64,000 bases of DNA from Clostridiaceae bacterium (lineage in GTDB: Bacteria; Bacillota; Clostridia; Clostridiales; Caloramatoraceae). Location of the stretch: contig DAMCZI010000006.1 in NCBI GenBank assembly GCA_032095175.1, positions 20,328-84,327 of the forward strand, in the 5' to 3' direction. Made by a program: the position numbers and the translations under genes. The notes beneath the pieces were generated by a model, which ran no database searches, had not been told where the DNA came from, and saw only the letters and a program-made list of their open reading frames with translations. Shown piece after piece: positions 8,685 through 16,828 of the stretch (position 1 is its first letter; the number at the start of each line of letters is the position of its first letter).

Positions 8685-10643
8685 TTATTCCAATATCTTA
8701 AGAGCTCTATATTTAGAATAATTAAATTCAACCCAGGAACCTTTTTTAGAGAGTTTATTATTCGTTTTATTAAAATACCTATTAAGTATACTTTTATCTT
8801 CTACACCCAACCTTGATTCATTTTCAAGCTTTTTAATCTCAGGCAGAGCATCATAGGATAAGCATGTCAGATAGTATACATCTATTTTTCCCGTATCATT
8901 AAATCTCTCAATATTCTTTTTTGCTATAAATGCATCCACATTTGCATAGTTAAGAAGTACATAAATGGAAAGCGCTGCAATTATCGAAAGCTTTGCCATT
9001 GGCACCTTCTCTATCCATAATGCTGCAAGGGATATTATAAACAGCACAAAGAGGAGAAGTATAAACACATGTACAAATACTCTTAAATAGGTATATCCAT
9101 AGGTTCTTTCATATAAAGACATCTTAAAGTGGGCTGAAAACAGCATGTTTCCAGTAAAAAGTACAAGCAGTGTCAAGAATATGTTTAAAATAAGGTTTAT
9201 CTTTTTGTTGTCCTTATTCATGAACTTAATGCAGCAGAGCAATATACTGAAATTTATTATGGTAACAAGAACAAGTTCAAAGAATCCTCTTCTTGCATAT
9301 TCTGCATAGGTAAAACCATTTGGAAGAATGTTTTGCCCTCTTCCATATAGATATGAAAATTGAACTATGGAAAACATTAGGTATATAATATCTATCACAG
9401 ATATTATAGTCAGTATCGTCACTGGCTCCCATTTACCCTTCACCTTGTTTTCTTCAACAATTTCACATTCTCCAGTATATTTAAAACTCCAAATGTATCC
9501 AAAGATATATATAAACACTATTGCAATAACCACTATATCCGCTGCAGCATCTCCAAAGTTAAATTTAGGAAATACTTTATAGAAATTAGTTATATAATAT
9601 CCAAACATCATATCAGCAGAGGACAATAAAACAATTATTATAAAAATTAGTGGCAGTGAAATTCCAAGACCCTTTAATATATTTTTTTGTGTTAAACTAA
9701 GTTTTATCTTACTTTTATTTGTTTTGGTTATACTTATAAATTTAAAGGGCTTTAACATATTTTCAAATGGCAGTGCAAAAATTCTTTTAAATATCTTGGC
9801 TATAAAGCCTATTTTATACCATTTAAAGCCATCATACTTCATTAGCATAAATGCTGCTGTTAACAGTCCTGGAATCAGTAATATGTTTATTGTATTTAAA
9901 ACTCTGTTGGAATGTATTGAAAAATTTAAAGCAAGGATAAAGGAAAACCCAAGTGCTAAGAAACCCATTTTCTTATTCTCTTTTGATCTTTCTTTAATGC
10001 TTAAAAGATAAAATATAGTTAAAGCAGCTGTGAATATAGGATATGAAATTCCTATACTCTTTTCTCTAAAAAAGTAATTGAAAATAACGCCTATAGCTAT
10101 TGATGCTATTATTGTATAGAGTTTCTCACTAATTCCAACTCGTAAATCAAATTCCCTATGTTTTTTTAATCGCTTCTTCCTTTTTAATTCTTCATTAATA
10201 CCAGGAAAGCTTTTATCTGAAAATATTAAGTTTTCCAATGCCTTTAACCATACAGGACTATAGCTTTTTTCTATGCAGGTTTCTAGCAAGTTTCTTAAAG
10301 TTGATCTATCAATAGATGAAAACTTGTAGCTATCCATTAACGATACCCAGTAATAATCCTCTGAATTAGAAGCTTTATCTATATCAAACTCCAATTTACT
10401 CTCATCAATGTCAATTAGAAACGTCGCAACATTTCTATAACGCTCTTTAACAAATCTAAAAACTATATTTCCGGATACTCCTAACCTCTCCTCAAATATC
10501 CTTAAAATTGCATCCTCTTCAGTTTCACCTTGTCTTAATGGTCCTCTTATTAACAGGTTTTCATTGTCATTCCTATCATTTTTTATTTTTGTAAAAAGAA
10601 CCCTCTCTTTATTTACAACAATCCCCTGAACATATTCAATCAT
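8685..10643 (-). CDS. NUDIX-like N-terminal domain fused to a large polytopic membrane domain (DUF4153/DUF4173-like)
   Basis: N-terminus carries Nudix-box-like GPLRQGETEEDAILRIFEERLGV; the remaining ~500 aa form >=10 predicted TM helices. Confidence 0.5.
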   Translation of the reverse strand: MIEYVQGIVVNKERVLFTKIKNDRNDNENLLIRGPLRQGETEEDAILRIFEERLGVSGNIVFRFVKERYRNVATFLIDIDESKLEFDIDKASNSEDYYWVSLMDSYKFSSIDRSTLRNLLETCIEKSYSPVWLKALENLIFSDKSFPGINEELKRKKRLKKHREFDLRVGISEKLYTIIASIAIGVIFNYFFREKSIGISYPIFTAALTIFYLLSIKERSKENKKMGFLALGFSFILALNFSIHSNRVLNTINILLIPGLLTAAFMLMKYDGFKWYKIGFIAKIFKRIFALPFENMLKPFKFISITKTNKSKIKLSLTQKNILKGLGISLPLIFIIIVLLSSADMMFGYYITNFYKVFPKFNFGDAAADIVVIAIVFIYIFGYIWSFKYTGECEIVEENKVKGKWEPVTILTIISVIDIIYLMFSIVQFSYLYGRGQNILPNGFTYAEYARRGFFELVLVTIINFSILLCCIKFMNKDNKKINLILNIFLTLLVLFTGNMLFSAHFKMSLYERTYGYTYLRVFVHVFILLLFVLFIISLAALWIEKVPMAKLSIIAALSIYVLLNYANVDAFIAKKNIERFNDTGKIDVYYLTCLSYDALPEIKKLENESRLGVEDKSILNRYFNKTNNKLSKKGSWVEFNYSKYRALKILE

Positions 10644-10654
10644 TTAATCACCCT

Positions 10655-10864
10655 TTATTCCTCTTTTTTATATTCAAGAATATCCCCTGGCTGACAGTCT
10701 AATTCTCTGCAAATAGCCTCAAGAGTGCTGAATCTAATTGCCTTCGCCTTCCCTGTCTTTAGTATGGAAAGGTTTGCATTTGTAATCCCAACCTTTTCAG
10801 CAAGCTCACCAAGAGATATTTTCCTTTTTGCCATCATTACATCCAAATTAACTATAATTGCCAT
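10655..10864 (-). CDS. XRE-family helix-turn-helix transcriptional regulator (YozG-like)
   Basis: ISLGELAEKVGITNANLSILKTGKAKAIRFSTLEAICREL matches the Cro/C1 HTH. Confidence 0.85.
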   Translation of the reverse strand: MAIIVNLDVMMAKRKISLGELAEKVGITNANLSILKTGKAKAIRFSTLEAICRELDCQPGDILEYKKEE

Positions 10865-10883
10865 ATTATCCCTCCTGGCTTAC

Positions 10884-11372
10884 TTATATTGTTAAGTCAT
10901 TTTCTTCTTTGTACTCTACAGCCTGCTTAAATACTTGAGAAAGTACAAATATAAAGAAACCTGCAAGTAGAAATATTAAAAACTCGAAGTCTGTATGGAC
11001 ACCACTTTTATCAATTATTACTATTTCAAAGTCCTTATACTGACCATTTACAAAGAAGTTCACTATATAAGTTCCTGCAATTGCAAAGCAGTATATTGCT
11101 ATTCTTTTTATAGCTTTCACATTGTCCCATATAAATGGAGTCCTCTTTATAAGTGAATTAATTATTCTCCTTAAATTGAAAAGCATACCAAAAAGTGATG
11201 CTCCCCCAATTACATATAAGCAGCTCGTAACAAAAATGTTGCCTATACGTATCTCCGATGCACCTGTAATACTGATTATTCCTGAATACACATATAAAAT
11301 CATTCCAACTACAATTAATACATCAAGAACTATTTTCAAAAATAAAGGTAATGAAAACTTCTTATTATCCAT
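10884..11372 (-). CDS. DUF2975-family membrane protein
   Basis: 4 TM helices; arrangement with a downstream small XRE HTH gene is typical of DUF2975/YozG pairs. Confidence 0.6.
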   Translation of the reverse strand: MDNKKFSLPLFLKIVLDVLIVVGMILYVYSGIISITGASEIRIGNIFVTSCLYVIGGASLFGMLFNLRRIINSLIKRTPFIWDNVKAIKRIAIYCFAIAGTYIVNFFVNGQYKDFEIVIIDKSGVHTDFEFLIFLLAGFFIFVLSQVFKQAVEYKEENDLTI

Positions 11373-11538
11373 AATGTTTATTATCGGAAGTGAATATCTT
11401 CCAACAAATTTCCCCTCCTTGCATGTTTTATTTTATAATTATATACTACCATAGTTTTTATTGTTTATCAATAAACATTTATTAATTTGCATTATTTTTT
11501 TCTTAAAAAAGGGTAAATAAAAGGTAACAGGGGGTTAA

Positions 11539-11662
11539 TTGTAAAGCAAGAAGCCACTTTGAAAAACAAAAAGCCATCTTTGTAATCGACAACTGAATAT
11601 TTGTAAACGAAACGCAGTTTTTGTATCCGAAATGCCTGTTTTGTAAGCGAGATGCAATTTTA
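11539..11662. repeat. six degenerate tandem ~20-21-bp repeats (GTAANCGANANGCNNTTTT)
   Basis: read directly: gtaatcgacaactgaatattt / gtaaacgaaacgcagttttt / gtatccgaaatgcctgtttt / gtaagcgagatgcaatttta plus two weaker upstream units. Confidence 0.6.
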
Positions 11663-11665
11663 CAA

Positions 11666-11830
11666 AGGGGGCTGTTGCACTAACAAAAATAACTTTCAAA
11701 AGTGCCAGGCACATAGCAAGTTCAAAGTGGCAAGTTGAACAAAGCCTAGAATATCAAGCTTTATTCAACTTGCCACTTGCCATGTGCCTGGCACTTAAGG
11801 CGATAATATTCGTTAGTGCGACAGCGCCCC
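11666..11830. repeat. P-family nested palindromic element, long form
   Basis: outer arms ggggctgttgcactaac / cgttagtgcgacagcgcccc enclose an ~85-bp inner palindrome (ccaggcacatagcaagtt...aacttgccatgtgcctgg); abuts the stop codon of 11833-12858. Confidence 0.75.
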
Positions 11831-11832
11831 TA

Positions 11833-12858
11833 TCACTCTAGTATATATACCTTCACATATTTCACAGCCCAATTACATGCTTCTCTGTAGGTATTAAAGT
11901 ACACATCAATTTTTTCTCCTTTTATTGCAGAACCAGTATCAGCAGCAATTGCAAATCCATATCCTTCAACAAAAAGCCTTGTACCATATGGAATATTTTT
12001 AGGGTCCACCGCAATTGTGCTGTATCCATCTGGATCTCTAACTGCCTTTCTACCAGATGCAGTATAGGTTCTTCCTACTCCCCTGACTGCCCAATAGGCT
12101 GTGGCCCTTGCCTTAAATACCCTTTTATAGGGCATCATTCTTCCACCTCTTGAAACTGGCATAAGTGGATAAGTACCCTGTACAATAAGCCTGTCTATTG
12201 GCTTTTTGATTATAGTTTCCTTAACTACTTTTCTTGAAACTTCATTACCATTTTCATAAACTATTTGAATTGTTACCTGCTTTTCTCCTGTTTTTCCTTC
12301 TTGAGTAACTTTTCTTTTAGTGTTGGCCAGTTTTCTATCTACTTTAACTACTTCCTTAAAGTTCATTGGTCTATTTTCAGTAATTGTTTTAATTTCAACT
12401 CTAACTATTTCTATTTTCATACCTTCAGATAGCTTTGTCTTGATATCTGGCTTAATCCTATCATGACTATTTAATGTAATTCCTTCAGCTTTAAGCATTA
12501 ATTCAACATTTTCTTCAGCTGATTGTACATTAAGTTCTTTCCCTTCAAGTACAACATTAACTTTAACCGCTCTTTTTACAACAATAGTACTATCTTTCTC
12601 CAATTTTTTATCCAATTCTGGCTCAACCTTGTCCTTTAAACCTAAAGAGATCTTCTCTTTTTTCAAAGCTTCTCCGACTGTACTCTTATAAGTTATGATT
12701 TTTCTTTCCTTCCCATCTACAATTAATATAACAGCCTTCCTTCTTGCAGATATAAAAGTAAACAAAAAAGCTACTGCCAAGATTACTACAACTAAAACAG
12801 AGTATCTTCTGATGTTGGACTTCTTTATCAAACTTATTAATCTGCTAATGAGGCTCAC
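11833..12858 (-). CDS. YabE-like cell-wall protein (TM anchor, DUF348 repeats, G5-like region, C-terminal 3D domain)
   Basis: C-terminal 3D-domain motifs (TIAVDPKNIPYGTRLFVEGYGFAIAADTGSAIKGEKIDVYF). Confidence 0.7.
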   Translation of the reverse strand: MSLISRLISLIKKSNIRRYSVLVVVILAVAFLFTFISARRKAVILIVDGKERKIITYKSTVGEALKKEKISLGLKDKVEPELDKKLEKDSTIVVKRAVKVNVVLEGKELNVQSAEENVELMLKAEGITLNSHDRIKPDIKTKLSEGMKIEIVRVEIKTITENRPMNFKEVVKVDRKLANTKRKVTQEGKTGEKQVTIQIVYENGNEVSRKVVKETIIKKPIDRLIVQGTYPLMPVSRGGRMMPYKRVFKARATAYWAVRGVGRTYTASGRKAVRDPDGYSTIAVDPKNIPYGTRLFVEGYGFAIAADTGSAIKGEKIDVYFNTYREACNWAVKYVKVYILE

Positions 12859-13020
12859 CTCCTAATAGTAAATATATGTAAATAATAACTATAACCTTGA
12901 TCTTTGTCAATTAAATCCATGTCCAAACTTTCTTAAAAAAAATTTACATTTATATATAAGCAGTACAGCGCACAAAAAAGCCAGAGTAAAATTATACTCT
13001 AGCTTTTCACAGTAAAATTC

Positions 13021-13836
13021 TTATTTGTTATTTACGTTATTTTTCTGTATCCTGGGCATATCCTTTCCATGAGGCATCCTTATTACTTTTCTAATAGCAT
13101 TAGCCTGCTCCTGTGTTAGTGTTTTATCATCTACCAACTTCTTAAGAAAGTCTCCCTTCTGCCCCTTTAAGCTCTTAAAATATGCATCTCTTTCATCTTT
13201 AGTCATAGATTTTATTTTATCCATTTCCGCTTTTCTTTCACTTTCCTGCTGCTTTATGCCTTCAATTACCTTAGCTACCTGTTCTTTGGATATGGTTCCC
13301 TTTTCTACAAGCTCATTCAATTTATTAGTTATCTCATTTAATCTTGCTTTCCTATTTTCCTCTTGTTTTTGAGCTAATTTATTTTTAACAACATCAGCCT
13401 TTTCCTGTGTTAAAATCCCATTTGATACAAGCTCAGAGAGTATATCCTGTTTTTTGTCCCTTCGTCCTTCAAAATATGACTTTCTTTCCTCTGGTGTCAT
13501 GGATTTTATCTTATCCATTTCTGCTTTTCTCTGTTCTTGCTTCTTATTCATATATTCAGCTATCTTGTCTGACTCATTTTGAGTCAATGTCCCATCCTTA
13601 ACCAGTTCGGAAAGCATATTTACAAAGCCGCCATTTTCTTTGGGTCCTTTCATTCCAAAGCCCTTTTCTCCTTTAAAGTGGTCCTTTCCTCCCATATCCA
13701 TTCTTCCTTCACAGGGAGGCTTTTTATTTGATGCACCCTGTGAGTCACTTGCAAAGACATTTGCACCAGTCGAAAAAAGCAAGCCTCCTATAACAACTCC
13801 TGAGATAATTTTAATTAAGTACTTCCTCTGGTTCAT
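13021..13836 (-). CDS. secreted repetitive protein (signal peptide, three ~55-aa Lys/Glu-rich repeats)
   Basis: N-terminal signal peptide; repeats of LSELVxxGxLTQ...RKAEMDKIKSMT. Confidence 0.45.
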   Translation of the reverse strand: MNQRKYLIKIISGVVIGGLLFSTGANVFASDSQGASNKKPPCEGRMDMGGKDHFKGEKGFGMKGPKENGGFVNMLSELVKDGTLTQNESDKIAEYMNKKQEQRKAEMDKIKSMTPEERKSYFEGRRDKKQDILSELVSNGILTQEKADVVKNKLAQKQEENRKARLNEITNKLNELVEKGTISKEQVAKVIEGIKQQESERKAEMDKIKSMTKDERDAYFKSLKGQKGDFLKKLVDDKTLTQEQANAIRKVIRMPHGKDMPRIQKNNVNNK

Positions 13837-13940
13837 ACAATCACTCCTTTAGTTTTAAATTATATATTTAGTATTAACTTTTTCTGTGATAATTCTGTGA
13901 TATAATAAGCTTTTTTCTGTGAAAATATTGTGATATGTAG

Positions 13941-14095
13941 GTGGATGTTGCATAACGAATAATATGGTCTTAAGTACCAGGCACATGGCAAGTGGCAAGC
14001 TGAATAAGCCCTAGAATATTAGGCTATTCAACTTGCCACTTTGCCACGTGCCTGGTACTTTTGAAAGTTATTTTCTTTTGTGCAGCAGCAACCTT
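13941..14095. repeat. P-family nested palindromic element, long form (inverted relative to 11666-11830, diverged)
   Basis: contains the same inner palindrome plus diverged outer arms; abuts the stop of 14098-15480. Confidence 0.65.
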
Positions 14096-14097
14096 TT

Positions 14098-15480
14098 TTA
14101 TCTAATTTTAACTTTAAAATCTCCCTTTATCCTTGTTGGATAGTCCTCAATTAGTAGATAAACTGGACTTTTAAATTTAATATTATTGTTAATATAATAA
14201 TATATCCTTTGTTTATTTCCATCACAAAATCTACTTCCAATACTATCAATATCATATACTTTCCCGTTACTGTCCTTAAAACTATGGCTAAATATATGAT
14301 ATAAATGATTTTCATCTATAACTTCATCTTTTCCCAATTCAAATTCTATACAAAGTCCATCATAGCCATTACCAACAGAAATAAACTTCAGCCTATCATC
14401 TGGTGCCTTTATAAGCTTCTTACTATCAGTATCAACAATAACAGTTAATTTATCTTTATCAAGGGCCTTCATACTGCTTCCTGTTATATAAAGTTCCCTT
14501 GGATTATTAAAGTAATTGCTCTGAAAATATAGTATTTGGTTATTATCATCTATTGTACTTGCAAATACACCATTTCTTATGGTACTTCTAATCTCTCCAT
14601 TTTCATCTACTATTGAAATATCATTGAAACCCAGTATCTTCTTTGAGTTGTTTTTGTCATACTCTATTTTAACTGCAGCTCTGGTAGGAGTAATTGTTAC
14701 ATCCTTAAACAATATTCGCTGTCCTTCTATTTCAATGCTTTGATTTAGTGTGTATATCCTTTTCATATTTTCGAATTTTTTCTTATCTATTGGTATCTTG
14801 AAACTCATAATTGGAGTTAATATTCTATCTTTATCTGATAGAGAATTTTCAAAGTATTTTTCCTTTAATCTTATGTTTAAACATATCTTATCCGGTATTA
14901 CTGTTTTCTCTCCAAAATTGATATCTATAACCCCTTCAAGTTTTTTCTCTTTATTCATATCCTTATTACCAAAGGGCTCAAAGCTCATACTAGTCTTTAA
15001 ATCTTCACCCTTTTCATCTTTAAACTCCATTGTTTCTATGAAAACAAATTTGTGATCACCCTTATTTTCAATTGAGTAAAATATTATAGCCTTAGAATCA
15101 TCTACAATCATATCCTTTATTGTAAATACCAAGTCCTCATGCTCCTCTGACATATTTACCTGCTGAACAAAGTTGTTATCAACTGCATCCTTAATACCCT
15201 TATCATAATTTATAAGCTTTACAATGTATTCAAGTCCTGGTATTGTGCTAATATATTTTGCAAAGGCTGGTGAGATACGTATTGAGGTTACAAAGATTAT
15301 GATGACTGCAACTGCTATATTTAAAAATTTTTTTACCTTTAATCTTTTCTTTTTCTTCTGTCCAATTTCTATTCCCTTTTTTATATATTCATCAATACAA
15401 TCTGGCTTTGGAATACTGTTGATTTTTTCTCCCAATTCCATTAGCTCCTTTTCTTCCTCATCAAACATTCTTTTCACCAC
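14098..15480 (-). CDS. anti-sigma factor (N-terminal cytoplasmic helix, TM, large extracytoplasmic domain; DUF4179-like)
   Basis: 20-nt overlap with the upstream ECF sigma gene; one TM helix (FLNIAVAVIIIFVTSIRI). Confidence 0.55.
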   Translation of the reverse strand: MVKRMFDEEEKELMELGEKINSIPKPDCIDEYIKKGIEIGQKKKKRLKVKKFLNIAVAVIIIFVTSIRISPAFAKYISTIPGLEYIVKLINYDKGIKDAVDNNFVQQVNMSEEHEDLVFTIKDMIVDDSKAIIFYSIENKGDHKFVFIETMEFKDEKGEDLKTSMSFEPFGNKDMNKEKKLEGVIDINFGEKTVIPDKICLNIRLKEKYFENSLSDKDRILTPIMSFKIPIDKKKFENMKRIYTLNQSIEIEGQRILFKDVTITPTRAAVKIEYDKNNSKKILGFNDISIVDENGEIRSTIRNGVFASTIDDNNQILYFQSNYFNNPRELYITGSSMKALDKDKLTVIVDTDSKKLIKAPDDRLKFISVGNGYDGLCIEFELGKDEVIDENHLYHIFSHSFKDSNGKVYDIDSIGSRFCDGNKQRIYYYINNNIKFKSPVYLLIEDYPTRIKGDFKVKIR

Positions 15481-15994
15481 CTCTATTTAATAATTCTCTC
15501 AACTGGTTTAGTCCCCTTGAAATCCAGGTTTTTACTGTACCCTCAGGGCAATCCATCAAAAGTGCTATATTTGATACGGTCATATCCTGAAAATACTTTA
15601 AAACTATAACCTGCTTATATTTAGGTTCTAATTTTTCTACAGCAAGCCCTAAATCCATGCTATCCAAATTGCTTTCACTATCATCTGTAATTCTTTCTTC
15701 TTCAATAGATACTATTTTTCGTTTTCTCTTTTGCTCATCTATGCAGTAATTAATTAGTATTTTTGTTAACCATGTATTGAAATACCTTGGTTCCTTAAGT
15801 CTATTTATTTTAATATAGGCTCTACAGGTTGTTTCCTGGATAGCCTCAAGTGCATCATGTTCATTCTTTAGATAACAATAGGCAATGTTGTATAATTTAT
15901 CCTTATTGACAGCTATAAGCCTGTAAAATGCTTCATCATTACCCTTTTTTGCAAGCTTAACCAATTCCTCATCGCCCAAGTGTTTCACCTCCAA
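15461..15994 (-). CDS. ECF-family RNA polymerase sigma factor
   Basis: region 2 (HDALEAIQETTCRAYIKINRLKEPRYFNTWLTKILINYCIDEQ) and region 4 (DMTVSNIALLMDCPEGTVKTWISRGLNQLRELL). Confidence 0.85.
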   Translation of the reverse strand: MEVKHLGDEELVKLAKKGNDEAFYRLIAVNKDKLYNIAYCYLKNEHDALEAIQETTCRAYIKINRLKEPRYFNTWLTKILINYCIDEQKRKRKIVSIEEERITDDSESNLDSMDLGLAVEKLEPKYKQVIVLKYFQDMTVSNIALLMDCPEGTVKTWISRGLNQLRELLNRGGEKNV

Positions 15995-16286
15995 CCAAGC
16001 TTTACTTTTAATCCTTCCTCATTTCATGCATTAGACTGAGAAGTATGGCATTTAGATTCAAAAATTGTAACATTTATATATAATTCTTCATTTAAAAATA
16101 ATAACCTTTAGTCACATTAAAAAAATAAACAAGTCATCTTACTCGTCCTTTAATTCTTTTCATCGTTACTCAATCACTTACATACAGTTAATATGCGCAC
16201 GATTGAGTGCCTAGAAAATAATCAAAATTGCTCCACAATCTGACTCATTTATTTGTTTTTAATGTACCTTATTTTCTAAAAACCTA

Positions 16287-16314
16287 TTGACATATTATGC
16301 ATAGTGTGTAAAAT
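16287..16314 (+). promoter_or_regulatory. sigma-A-like promoter (TTGACA, 16 nt, TAAAAT) for the long leader of the ABC-2 transporter operon
   Basis: hexamers read directly. Confidence 0.4.
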
Positions 16315-16322
16315 ATATATAA

Positions 16323-16421
16323 AGTGAGTGTGCCTAGCCTATTGGCGAGCGGTACAGGGATTGTATCCTACACGCAGAAACGCCTGCGGAGTCACATATT
16401 GGTGATTCCATGGGTTTTTTT
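16323..16421 (+). ncRNA. structured leader element 1 with downstream intrinsic terminator (candidate riboswitch or attenuator, class unknown)
   Basis: ~70-nt element with hairpins GGAUUGUAUCC and CGCAGAAACGCCUGCG closed by GUGA...UCAC. The 3' strand GGAGUCAC can alternatively pair with GUGAUUCC (all 8 positions pair, one G-U), and a U7 run follows. Confidence 0.4.
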
Positions 16422-16484
16422 ATTTCCCGGGAAATGTTTTACATATATTTGTACTTACACAACTATTATTGCTAAGTGAGTGTA

Positions 16485-16548
16485 CCTAGCCTTACGGTGA
16501 GCAGTACAGGGATTATCATCCTACACGCAGAAATGCCTGCGGAGTCAC
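16485..16548 (+). ncRNA. structured leader element 2 (~85% identical copy of element 1, no terminator)
   Basis: agtgagtgtacctagccttacggtgagcagtacagggattatcatcctacacgcagaaatgcctgcggagtcac aligns to element 1; substitutions in the first hairpin keep pairing (GGAUUGUAUCC vs GGAUUAUCAUCC). Confidence 0.4.
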
Positions 16549-16722
16549 TAATATAGTTTGCATTAAAATTCTTATATTTCATATTCATAAACAGCCCTAC
16601 TAAATTGGTTCGCCCCTTAGGATGTTTGTGAATATAAAATGTAATAGAATTTTTGCAACATATAATTGTGGTTCCACAGGCTTTTTATATTTATCTTATT
16701 ATATATTTTGGGAGGGGTTTAT

Positions 16723-16812
16723 ATGATTAAAAACTGCAGAAATGAAATTAAAAATTACACATGGAGAAATTATCTTGAGAAAACGTTTCTTTTTGTCAAA
16801 TTAAAAAGGTAG
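16723..16812 (+). CDS. 29-aa upstream ORF (candidate leader peptide) MIKNCRNEIKNYTWRNYLEKTFLFVKLKR
   Basis: strong RBS GGAGG 6 nt before the ATG; its stop codon TAG overlaps the RBS (gtggggaggg) of the ABC ATPase gene. Confidence 0.35.
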   Translation: MIKNCRNEIKNYTWRNYLEKTFLFVKLKR

Positions 16813-16828
16813 TGGGGAGGGTGACATC

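Noticed and set aside
11539-11662. ~20-bp tandem repeats considered as a CRISPR array
   Set aside because: The units are contiguous with no unique spacers, only ~60% conserved, and no cas genes are nearby; they fit degenerate iterons or phased A-tracts better
16323-16548. Assignment of the tandem leader elements to a known riboswitch class (glycine tandem aptamers, ykkC/guanidine-I, c-di-GMP-I/II, Mn yybP-ykoY, ZTP)
   Set aside because: None of the class-defining conserved nucleotides (for example CACCG..GGGGCAA for glycine, CUAGGGUUCCG/ACGGAGGG for ykkC) are present; left as unclassified
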